This document shows, one piece after another, positions 10,051 to 18,313 of a stretch of DNA of 64,000 bases. Within the stretch, counting starts at the first letter, position 1. Each line of letters begins with the position of its first letter. The notes beneath the pieces were generated by a model. The model ran no database searches, had not been told where the DNA came from, and was given only the letters and a program-made list of their open reading frames with translations. Source of the DNA: a virus (lineage: Duplodnaviria; Caudoviricetes); the IMG/VR virus record IMGVR_UViG_3300044708_000078, positions 7,950 to 71,949 of that record. One strand, given 5' to 3'. The translations under genes were made by a program, and so were the position numbers.

Positions 10051-10407
10051 ATGGCTGTACTTGCGGGACTCCATGCGGATCAGATTGCCTTGTCTCGGCA
10101 GATCATTGGAGGTGTATGCAAAGGCTCGCTGGCTGCTTACGCTACACCGCCGTTCCTAACGAACACGACAATCGCTGCTGCTGACACGAACCTCGGCCTA
10201 CGCACGGCAGTCACTACTGCGGCGGCGGCTCGCCACGCCGACGAGCGCCCGATGGCTCCACGGATCAATCTCGGTATCGTGCTGGGACTGTACAGCGGAG
10301 AGTTAAGCGATGCGCGAGTGCTGGGGTTGACGACTGGCGCGGGTTTGGTTGGTCTTACTTATGCCGACCCGAACGTGGTAACGGGGGCGAATTACCCTCC
10401 GGAGTAA
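10051..10407 (+). CDS. Hypothetical (possibly structural) protein
   Basis: GAGGAGG RBS; 118 aa, Ala/Thr/Gly-rich. Confidence 0.65.
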   Translation: MAVLAGLHADQIALSRQIIGGVCKGSLAAYATPPFLTNTTIAAADTNLGLRTAVTTAAAARHADERPMAPRINLGIVLGLYSGELSDARVLGLTTGAGLVGLTYADPNVVTGANYPPE

Positions 10408-10409
10408 GG

Positions 10410-10566
10410 ATTCAAGGCTACGCGACGAAGGTGGGTCAGGGATTGTCCAGCAGACACCTCCCCTGACCGTCCTACTGTTAGCTCGGTGAAACAAAATCAA
10501 AGTGGTGGAGGAAATCGACAAAACCACTCCGAGCGTCCACGGCCTGACCGGCCCGTAGCTTGATTC
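10410..10566 (+). ncRNA. Candidate multi-stem structured RNA/leader
   Basis: Pairings: TCAAG(G)CTACG 10412-10422 with CGTAGCTTGA 10554-10563; GGTCAGGG 10434-10441 with CCCTGACC 10461-10468; GCTCGG 10481-10486 with CCGAGC 10529-10534; AGTGGT 10501-10506 with ACCACT 10523-10528. Confidence 0.35.
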
Positions 10567-10578
10567 GTTCTATCTATT

Positions 10579-10950
10579 ATGTGGATTAGCCGAAGTGAGT
10601 TACGACGCCTGCTCCAGCAGGTGGCTGTCGCTGAGAAACGCGCCGCCGACGCCGAAGATCGTCTTGCCGCTGAGCGGGCGTCGAAAGACTGGCTGACAGT
10701 CCAACTGGCCTCGCGTGTGGTGACGAAGGGTGGTCAGTACGGGTTGGACCATGAGTCGCCTGCGTCATCTGCACCGTCTCCGCGTACTTACCCTCGCCAG
10801 TTAACTGAGGAAGACATCGCCAAGCGCGACTACTACGTCAGGTGCTATCGCGAAGCGGGGAGGTCGGAGGAAGACGCCGTGGCGCTGTTCGAGGCGGAGA
10901 TGAGGGGGGAGCGGGTGGTGTATCCGTATGAAAGCGAGGCTGAACAGTAA
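10579..10950 (+). CDS. Hypothetical coiled-coil protein
   Basis: 123 aa; its stop abuts the next ATG; no clear SD sequence. Confidence 0.7.
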   Translation: MWISRSELRRLLQQVAVAEKRAADAEDRLAAERASKDWLTVQLASRVVTKGGQYGLDHESPASSAPSPRTYPRQLTEEDIAKRDYYVRCYREAGRSEEDAVALFEAEMRGERVVYPYESEAEQ

Positions 10951-11247
10951 ATGGATCGTCGTGGATTTCTTTCACTATTAGGTCAGGCTGCTGTCGGTGC
11001 GACAGTGGTCTACAGCTTTCCCTCTATCGTCGTTCCGAAAAACATTCAGCCATATGGCTTGGCTCACTTCATCAATGAGGGACACACGTTTCGCGGACTT
11101 ACCACGTCAACATTTCCCGTTCTGAATGCGCCATCGCTTGATTTGGGTGGTGCGGTGCTAAGTCCTGAAATGTTTGAATACGCTAAGCGCAATCTTCAGG
11201 CAATGGTGCGGCAGACGAGTAAAAATCCAATGTTAATGTTCCTCTGA
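10951..11247 (+). CDS. Twin-arginine-signal protein carrying a major-capsid-homologous segment
   Basis: MDRRGFLSLL plus a hydrophobic stretch; GLTTSTFPVLNAPSLDLGGAVLSPEMFEYAKRNLQ aligns without gaps to the MCP segment GLDTSVYPDLNVPTVDLAGALLTPAAIENGKALLQ. Confidence 0.75.
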   Translation: MDRRGFLSLLGQAAVGATVVYSFPSIVVPKNIQPYGLAHFINEGHTFRGLTTSTFPVLNAPSLDLGGAVLSPEMFEYAKRNLQAMVRQTSKNPMLMFL

Positions 11248-11252
11248 TGTAA

Positions 11253-13886
11253 ATGGCCGCTGAACTTGCCAGATCCCCCGCGCAGCAACCTCCGGCGACG
11301 AATTTTGCGCCGCTAAAACCATTACTGAGTCTCAAGCATGGTGGCAAGAAACCTGCATCCTATATCGCCAAAGCAATCAAGGAACGTTTCGACCACTTTC
11401 ACCGCAAGGATAAAGATGTTTTCAGGGAGATCGTCAATGTTGGCTGGTATGTTAACCTGTTCGCTAACGGCCAGCAGTTCCCCGTTCGCAATCCCGTCAC
11501 AGGCTCATGGGGCGCACTTCCGCTCTCCGGCAACTACAACTCAGACCGCCGCGCACTCAACATCCTGCGCAACGTCGTAACCAATCTCCTCGGCAAGTGG
11601 GAAAATTCCTCGCCCGACATCATTATCCGTCCGGGTCGTAATCTCGACACTTGCGTCTCCGCCGCCAAAGCCGCCGACACCATCAACAACTACTACGAGC
11701 GCCAGTTCTACAACCACTGGTTCACGCAGCAGGAAGGTTTGATGGGGATGACTTTCGGCACCTATATCGACCGCTATCGCTACGACGAGTCCAAAGTGTC
11801 GATGAGCGTGATTCAGGACATCTTCGAGACGAAGGATGCGCAGTTTGGTTCCGGGCTGGGGTATTGCGCCGACTGCGATCACTTTGGCAACGACAGTGAG
11901 TTCAAACCGCAGCTTGGCGGTGATGGGCCGATGTCTCGTGCGCTGTGTCCGCAGTGTCGCTCAACTGCTGTCGAAGTTCTCGACGCCCCCATCGGTCAAC
12001 TCAGCAGCGTGACGAATCAGGTGAAGCGGCAGGTAGGGGATCTGGTTTGCGAGCTTCTCCCGATGCCTGCCTGCAGGTGGGACTTGACGCGACGGCCTGA
12101 GGACTCAAGCTGGTTCATCTATCGCCAGAACATTCCACGAGGTGCGGTGACGCGAGTGCTGGGGAATGTCCTGTTGCCGGAAGGAAAAGATGAGACTGAC
12201 TACGGACTGGAGACGCTGCGGGCGCTGGGAAAGCAGGGACAGGCGCTGGGAGGGTTCTCCGGGTTCGGCAACACAGGACGCTCTGACGATGCCGCACGTA
12301 CTGACGAATATACCTTTGACGAAATGTGGCTCTCACCCGATGACTACGCCGACATTAACCTCATCGGCGACGAAGAAACAGTCGATGGCCCACCACTGCC
12401 CAAGGGTAAACTCACCGATGTGTTCCCCGATGGACTCTGCGCAGTCGGGCTGAACAGCATGACCACGGTGCTCGCACTGTACTCGGAACAGCATCGCAAA
12501 CATATCGTTTCCGGCACGTGGTTCATGCAGACGGCGACGGGTGCGGGTCGAGGGCTGGCCGACTCTGTGGAAGTCCAGAAGCAATTCAACACCGGCAACA
12601 ATCAGGCTGCGTCGTATATGACCGCCACTTACTCCCCGGCCATCGGCTACGACAACCAGCTTATCTCCGGCAATAAGATGAAGTACATCGGCACGCCGCG
12701 CACGAACATCCCGTTCGACCTCACCAAGCTGCCGGAAGGCCGCTCGATGAAGGATGCGATCTTCCAGTTCGCCCCGACGGCCATGCCCAACCAGTTCTTT
12801 AACTACTTTCAGGACTTCCTCGGCTTCCTGATGAAGAAGACGAGCGGCGCAAGTGATTACGATCAGGGCGATCCCGGTATCACGGCAAATAACACCACCG
12901 CCACCGCAGCGGAGATTGATCAGGGAAACGCTGACTCGTTTAATGAACCTATCTTTCTTATCAAAGGCGACTGTCGCAAACGCGGCGCAGAGCTGACCAT
13001 CAACCTGTTCTGCCAGCACTTTCCGATGAAGCGGTACTTCGACCTCGGTGGGAAGTACGGCGAGCAGCAGGGCATCGAACTCAGCAGTGCGGACGTGAAA
13101 GCCGACCTGTCGTTTGAACTAGATAAAGGTAGCGTGATGCCGAAAGGGCCGTACACACGGCGTAAGAACCTGATGTCGTTCTACGGCGTGCTCGGCGGCG
13201 CAGAAGGCGTGGCGACGATGGAACAGACCAACCCGCGTCTGCTGAACAACACCGCACAGGAGTTTGATGTCGATCTGGAGATCAACGACTATGACGCAGT
13301 TGCTGAGTTGTGCCGACGACGACTGGAGCAGATGAAACAGGCCCTGAAGATTGGCGTCACCGACCCACAGTTGCTTGTTAGTGAAGCCATTCGACCGCCA
13401 ATCAGCAGCAAGGAACTCGACCTTGCGCAGAAAGGCAAGTGGTTTGCTTCATGGCTTTCAACTGACGAGGGACTGAACTCACCGATGCCGCTCCGCGCTG
13501 CGGCAGAACTACTGGTTGATGGACAGATTGCTGGCGCAACTCAGCAGGATGCGGAAGCCGCGCTGCAACAGGGTACAATCGCCGCTGCCGCTCAGGCACC
13601 AATGGCCCTCGGTGGCGCAGCGCTCCAGCAGCAGACCGAGCAGCCGGAGTCGCAGGAACCAGACCCCAGCGCTCAACTCCAATTTGCACAGGAGCAATCG
13701 ACGCAGCAGCATGAGGCGGAACAGAACGCGCTTGACCGCGAACATGAATCGTCGATGATGGACAAGGAACTGGCGAAGGACAAAGAGACGGCAAAGGTAG
13801 AAGCGGATCATAAAATTCGTATTGAGAAGTCCAAGCCAAAGAAGCCTGTGGTGAGACCTGTGAGTAAAGGAGCGGCCAAGAAATGA
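11253..13886 (+). CDS. Portal protein (P22-like size, with Zn-ribbon insertion)
   Basis: 877 aa between terL and scaffold/MCP; GRGLADSVEVQKQFN and GASDYDQG...TTATAAEI segments; acidic/Gln-rich C-terminal tail; YCADC...LCPQC insertion. Confidence 0.8.
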   Translation: MAAELARSPAQQPPATNFAPLKPLLSLKHGGKKPASYIAKAIKERFDHFHRKDKDVFREIVNVGWYVNLFANGQQFPVRNPVTGSWGALPLSGNYNSDRRALNILRNVVTNLLGKWENSSPDIIIRPGRNLDTCVSAAKAADTINNYYERQFYNHWFTQQEGLMGMTFGTYIDRYRYDESKVSMSVIQDIFETKDAQFGSGLGYCADCDHFGNDSEFKPQLGGDGPMSRALCPQCRSTAVEVLDAPIGQLSSVTNQVKRQVGDLVCELLPMPACRWDLTRRPEDSSWFIYRQNIPRGAVTRVLGNVLLPEGKDETDYGLETLRALGKQGQALGGFSGFGNTGRSDDAARTDEYTFDEMWLSPDDYADINLIGDEETVDGPPLPKGKLTDVFPDGLCAVGLNSMTTVLALYSEQHRKHIVSGTWFMQTATGAGRGLADSVEVQKQFNTGNNQAASYMTATYSPAIGYDNQLISGNKMKYIGTPRTNIPFDLTKLPEGRSMKDAIFQFAPTAMPNQFFNYFQDFLGFLMKKTSGASDYDQGDPGITANNTTATAAEIDQGNADSFNEPIFLIKGDCRKRGAELTINLFCQHFPMKRYFDLGGKYGEQQGIELSSADVKADLSFELDKGSVMPKGPYTRRKNLMSFYGVLGGAEGVATMEQTNPRLLNNTAQEFDVDLEINDYDAVAELCRRRLEQMKQALKIGVTDPQLLVSEAIRPPISSKELDLAQKGKWFASWLSTDEGLNSPMPLRAAAELLVDGQIAGATQQDAEAALQQGTIAAAAQAPMALGGAALQQQTEQPESQEPDPSAQLQFAQEQSTQQHEAEQNALDREHESSMMDKELAKDKETAKVEADHKIRIEKSKPKKPVVRPVSKGAAKK

Positions 13887-14089
13887 GCACCCCCATTGTC
13901 GGTTGTGATCTAGCACGATTGACCACACAGCAGATAAAAGTTGTCAAACCACCACAGCAATCTGCTATCATTCCCAGCCGACGCGCAATGTTGCTCAAAC
14001 GTATCGGCGACATGGAGAACGAACTTGGGCGAATGACGAAGCTGCTTGCAGAAGTGAGAGCAGACGTACTGCATCTGACAACTGAATGA
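13883..14089 (+). CDS. Small hypothetical protein
   Basis: ATGA overlap with the portal stop; AAGGAG RBS; short coiled coil. Confidence 0.55.
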   Translation: MSTPIVGCDLARLTTQQIKVVKPPQQSAIIPSRRAMLLKRIGDMENELGRMTKLLAEVRADVLHLTTE

Positions 14090-14109
14090 CAGCCTGCCAT
14101 TGTAAAACA

Positions 14110-14266
14110 TGGTGCGCTCCGCTCTATTGAGCACTTGCGCTGGCGGAGACAGAAACTCTGCAGGCTGCACCAAAATTGAATAGGCGACCGACGCGTATCC
14201 CGCGTACTTGCCATTGATTGAGTTTGTACCGACCCCTGACGGGTACTATGAACTGAGTCAATGGCA
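14110..14266 (+). promoter_or_regulatory. Hairpin-rich intergenic leader upstream of scaffold/capsid genes
   Basis: TGGTGC 14110-14115 pairs with GCACCA 14167-14172, enclosing CTCCGC/GCGGAG and CAGA/TCTG stems; ACGCG/CGCGT hairpin 14191-14205; long hairpin TGCCATTGA 14209-14217 with TCAATGGCA 14258-14266. Confidence 0.4.
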
Positions 14267-14295
14267 TTTCCACTTTAGGCCACTGACGACCACTT

Positions 14296-15747
14296 ATGGA
14301 AACCGAACTCCAAGACGTAGCTTCTACTCCTGAAGCAGCCTCAACTGAGGTAGTGGATTCGTCTACCACTGTGACGGAGCCATCTGGTGAATCGCAAGGC
14401 AGCGTAACAGCCACAGATGCAACGCAACAGAGCACGCCAACGACGGAAGCCGACCCTTTGGAAGGTGTCCCGTCGGTCGATGAACTAAGTAAACTCGTCG
14501 AGCAGAAGGTTCCTTACTCCGAAGCGCTGGCGCGATTGCGTCCAGCCTACGAAGGGCTGAAGACGAAGCTCGCTGAGTATGAGCCGCTGGAATCGTGGAA
14601 GCCGATAGCTGAAACTATCGCCGACCCCGCGCTTGCTCAGTCGGCTTACGAACTCGTCAACGCGCTCTACACGCCGTCAACGGACAACCCTTCGGGGTTT
14701 GATCCACGACCGTTTCTGGAAAAGGTGGAGACGGACAGTCCGGGAACTATCGACCAACTGTTCTCGACCATCTGCTCATTCCCAATTCAGATCGACGGCC
14801 AGCAGACGACGGTGGTGCGGGAGTTATACAAGGCCCACGGCCTCAATCCCGACCGTATCGACGACTATCGCAACATCGACAACTTGCGTGTTTCGGGGAT
14901 CGTGACTGATGCCGATCTCGCCAAAATCCCTGAGAAGTACCACGAGGCGTTCAAGGCCCTGCCGGAAGATGCCCGCACGGACATTCTCGCCCTGAAGGAG
15001 TCCAACCCGGCCCTTGCTGATCAATACTTGCGTAATGCTGCCAGTTCACTTGCCGCTGAGAGATTTGAGACCCAGCAGCGTGAACGCGAACAGCAGGCGC
15101 AACAACAGCAGGAGCAGGAGTTAGCTCGGCAAGTCGAGACCGCCGTCACTCAGGGAGTTCACAGCAAGATCGAAACATGGTCAGGTTCCATTCACCAGAG
15201 TCTTTCGTCGCAGTGGAAGCCCTCCACGGACGAAGCAACCAACGATCTGGAATACGCAAAGGTCATGGGAACGTTAGCGGCGCTGCAAAGCCCCGCTCCG
15301 GCTTACCGGGCCATTGCGGAGAAAGCGCTGACCAAAGCAGGCGCGTCTCTCGACGGCTTTGACGATCTCGTTAACCAGTGGCAGGCGTCGTATTCAGCAG
15401 CAGTAACCTACGAGCAGCTTGGACAAAAGGATTCCATCCCCGCCAAGCGCGCAGCGGCTCAGGCGACCCAAGCCGAGCAGCGGTTACTAATCAAGCTGAA
15501 CGACTACGCTCTGAAACTGGCCCAGCCGACTTCTTCCAGAATTGCGGACGCTTCCGTCCAACGGGCCAACCAACTGGCGGCGGCAGCGGGGCGGTTTGTG
15601 CCGAATGGGAACGGGGCAGCTCAACAGGGATTTCAAAATCCTTACGAGCAGAACCCGCATCCGGTCGGCTCACAGGAATACTACGCCTTCAATCGCAAGA
15701 TTGACCGCGAGTACCAACTGACCAACGCCTCGGTGTATGACGGTTAA
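14296..15747 (+). CDS. Capsid scaffolding protein (putative)
   Basis: Acidic, disordered Thr/Ser/Glu-rich N-terminus with helical Gln-rich segments; directly upstream of the MCP. Confidence 0.7.
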   Translation: METELQDVASTPEAASTEVVDSSTTVTEPSGESQGSVTATDATQQSTPTTEADPLEGVPSVDELSKLVEQKVPYSEALARLRPAYEGLKTKLAEYEPLESWKPIAETIADPALAQSAYELVNALYTPSTDNPSGFDPRPFLEKVETDSPGTIDQLFSTICSFPIQIDGQQTTVVRELYKAHGLNPDRIDDYRNIDNLRVSGIVTDADLAKIPEKYHEAFKALPEDARTDILALKESNPALADQYLRNAASSLAAERFETQQREREQQAQQQQEQELARQVETAVTQGVHSKIETWSGSIHQSLSSQWKPSTDEATNDLEYAKVMGTLAALQSPAPAYRAIAEKALTKAGASLDGFDDLVNQWQASYSAAVTYEQLGQKDSIPAKRAAAQATQAEQRLLIKLNDYALKLAQPTSSRIADASVQRANQLAAAAGRFVPNGNGAAQQGFQNPYEQNPHPVGSQEYYAFNRKIDREYQLTNASVYDG

Positions 15748-15756
15748 GGAGACAAA

Positions 15757-17034
15757 ATGCCAGCCGTACAATTCAGCCAAATCACCGACCTGAAGCGTCA
15801 GGCGGTGGAAAAGGACGTGCGCCAGTTCTATGAGAACAACGACCCCGGAATGCGCGCGTTCGGTAAGGCGGTAGACAAACCCAAGCTCACGGAGAAAGGT
15901 TATCGCCTGCCTGATTACGCCCGTCGGCCCACCGGCATGACGTGGTTCACTCCTGACAATTCCGACTTTAACCAGGCCAACGGCCCGCAGACGGTCTCGA
16001 TGTGGGTCTATCCGACCATGAGCGCGTGGCCGATGATCTGGGCCGGTTCCACCATCGAGTCGATGGAGAACGACACCGAGGACAACGTGCAGTCCTACGA
16101 TCAGGTGATGGTTCAGTACACTGATGTATTTCGCAAGCGTATGAACCAGTACTTCTATGGTACTGGCAATGGCGCGGTGGCTTACTCGGCGTCAACCATC
16201 ACCACCCTTGGCACGCAAACACTCTCCGGTACCACCACCGCCGCTACCACTCCCGGTCAGACAAAGGGGACGATGTGGCTGTGGGAGGCGGAGACTTATC
16301 AGGCAATCAACGCCTCCACCGGCGCGGTACGGGGCACGTTCACCGTCACTACCGCCGGTACGTCGTCCTGTACGATCAACCTGCTGAGCGGGACGATCTC
16401 CAGCGGCGATCCAATCGTCATTCAAGGTAGCTACCAACTCGCCATGCGCGGTCTCTACTGGCTCGTCAGCGACCAGAATCGCGTGTTGCAGGGATTGGAC
16501 ACCAGCGTCTACCCCGACCTGAACGTCCCCACCGTCGATCTCGCCGGTGCGCTGCTGACTCCAGCGGCCATCGAGAATGGCAAGGCGCTGCTCCAGACCC
16601 GCAACAATCAGGTCGAAGCCAAAAACAACCTGACGGCGTTCATCACCCCCGGCCAGTACTCCACGATTCGTAAGCAGGGTTACAACCTCGGCTACTACCT
16701 TCGTGAAGACGCTGGCTCGGATACGATGAAAGGCGTGCAGGGTGACTACACCGACGGCGATACTCGTTTTATTCTCGACGCCGACAACGACGAGGATCGG
16801 GTGCCGCTGACGAAGACCAGTGACTACAAAATCTACGAGATGAAACCGTTTGGCCCCTACAAGCGGGATGGGCTTGAAATGAGAATGTTGCTGGGTGCGA
16901 ATCAAACTGGCTCAGATAACTGGAGCCGAGCTGTTGGCTGGAAAGGGAACGTTGCTACTTTATCGGGGCGTGGAAGTGCTCTGATAAAACGTGCCCAACT
17001 GGCTTACGCAACTCAGATCGTGGCGGGTCTTTAA
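15757..17034 (+). CDS. Major capsid protein (HK97 fold inferred, with Thr-rich insertion domain)
   Basis: AAGGAG RBS; 425 aa; strongly C/G-ending codons; position after the scaffold; FYGTGNG followed by a beta-rich insertion then RGLYWLV. Confidence 0.85.
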   Translation: MPAVQFSQITDLKRQAVEKDVRQFYENNDPGMRAFGKAVDKPKLTEKGYRLPDYARRPTGMTWFTPDNSDFNQANGPQTVSMWVYPTMSAWPMIWAGSTIESMENDTEDNVQSYDQVMVQYTDVFRKRMNQYFYGTGNGAVAYSASTITTLGTQTLSGTTTAATTPGQTKGTMWLWEAETYQAINASTGAVRGTFTVTTAGTSSCTINLLSGTISSGDPIVIQGSYQLAMRGLYWLVSDQNRVLQGLDTSVYPDLNVPTVDLAGALLTPAAIENGKALLQTRNNQVEAKNNLTAFITPGQYSTIRKQGYNLGYYLREDAGSDTMKGVQGDYTDGDTRFILDADNDEDRVPLTKTSDYKIYEMKPFGPYKRDGLEMRMLLGANQTGSDNWSRAVGWKGNVATLSGRGSALIKRAQLAYATQIVAGL

Positions 17035-17043
17035 TTTAATCCG

Positions 17044-17865
17044 TCAGGCAGATTTTTTATTCCACGGAACCTGCTTAGGCCGTTCTTTGAAACCAAAAGT
17101 TTCTTCTGGTGTCCATCCAAGCTTGGACAGACGGATACGAGCGCGAGCGGAATTTATTCCAGCGCGATTACTCCAGTCGGTTAGGCATAATGTCTCACCG
17201 TTGATAGTAATCCAATGATTCGTTCGCTTGTTTCTGTTCTGTTCAGTTTGGGTGCGCCACTGGCAATTAAGGGTGTGATGATTAGCTAAGCATTCTTCGC
17301 ACTGACCGCACCAATAACCTTTGTTGTTGTCGGTTCGGTCAATAGTATGTTTCTCGGTCGTGGGTTCACCCATAACCGCAAGAAAGTGGGGAAAGCTTAG
17401 AAATCCAGCGCAGATTGTGATGCCCCTGCCGCCGTAGTCGCTAAACTGCGGATTCTTTGGGTTAGATGTTCGATCCTTTACACCGACCCAAATTTCGTAA
17501 ACGCGGCTCTTTCGCTTGCCGCCATTGCGCATCACCGAAGTATGGCCGTGGATGTAGTTCTTCTTACGGGTTACTTCACGAAGCAGGCAGCCGCAGGATT
17601 GGACGTTCATACGAAGAAGATGTCGCTGATCCACGGCTTTGACCGCACCACAGTTGCACAGGCACAACCAGACGTACTCGATTTTGCGCTGACCGAGATA
17701 GCCGAGCACGAACAGTCGTCCAAAACGTTGCTCGATTAAAGAAGCTTTAGGTTTACGGGTCCGATTGTATTTGAAAACTGAATCAGGTGGGTTAGAATCC
17801 GAACCAAACATTGGCAACTTCTCCTTTAACCAAGTGGATTGCTGATGCGGGACGTTCGGGTTCAT
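17044..17865 (-). CDS. HNH homing endonuclease inserted antisense after the MCP
   Basis: RFGRLFVL...WLCLCNCG; YEIWVGVKDR...SDYGGRGITIC; TIDRTDNNKGY...NCQWRTQTEQNRNKR; AT-rich. Confidence 0.88.
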   Translation of the reverse strand: MNPNVPHQQSTWLKEKLPMFGSDSNPPDSVFKYNRTRKPKASLIEQRFGRLFVLGYLGQRKIEYVWLCLCNCGAVKAVDQRHLLRMNVQSCGCLLREVTRKKNYIHGHTSVMRNGGKRKSRVYEIWVGVKDRTSNPKNPQFSDYGGRGITICAGFLSFPHFLAVMGEPTTEKHTIDRTDNNKGYWCGQCEECLANHHTLNCQWRTQTEQNRNKRTNHWITINGETLCLTDWSNRAGINSARARIRLSKLGWTPEETFGFKERPKQVPWNKKSA

Positions 17866-17897
17866 GGCCTGAGCGTCCCTTTTCTTTTGAGGTGGTC

Positions 17898-17906
17898 ATT
17901 GTACCA
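17898..17906 (-). promoter_or_regulatory. Extended -10 promoter (TGgTACAAT) for the antisense HNH gene
   Basis: The reverse complement of ATTGTACCA lies ~32 nt upstream of the HNH ATG and its AAGGGA RBS. Confidence 0.4.
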
Positions 17907-17977
17907 CGGAACACACTTTTCACTCACCGGATGTAAGCTGGTTTTTAGTGGGGCTATTCGGTGGGAAGGAGACAACA

Positions 17978-18313
17978 GTGGCAAACAACATTACCAGTCC
18001 ATTTATCGTAAGCGACGGCATCGGCTCGGTGGGGTGCGTGGTGAAGAACCCCAGCACGAGCTACACGGTGCTGCCTGAAGATAACGTGGTCATCTGCGGG
18101 GCCAACTCGCTGGCAATCACATTGATTGCAACCAGCAACTCTCCGGTGTATATCACCTCAGTCGATGGAACCACTCAACGCACGGGCTGCACCGTTGTCG
18201 TCGGTTCGCAGGACTGGGTGATCGCGGATTCAGGAGCGAGTGCCTACTGCATTCGCTACGGCCCGGCATCGCAGAACCTCTGGGCCATCACTGGGGCCAA
18301 GACCGCGAGCTGA
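17978..18313 (+). CDS. Small beta-rich structural/decoration protein
   Basis: GTG at 17978 follows AAGGAG (a better start than the track's 17948); product MANNITSPFIVSDG... Confidence 0.6.
   Translation: MANNITSPFIVSDGIGSVGCVVKNPSTSYTVLPEDNVVICGANSLAITLIATSNSPVYITSVDGTTQRTGCTVVVGSQDWVIADSGASAYCIRYGPASQNLWAITGAKTAS

Noticed and set aside
14110-14172. tRNA-like element ending in ...GCACCA
   Set aside because: The CCA is itself base-paired with the 5' TGGTGC. No T-loop GTTCRA, D-arm or 7-nt anticodon loop on either strand.
12333-14214. Long antisense ORFs (12333-13019, 13402-14214; likewise 14-655, 16192-16905, 36934-37878, 52135-52821)
   Set aside because: Shadow frames opposite strongly codon-biased genes in GC-rich DNA; no RBS or recognisable motifs.
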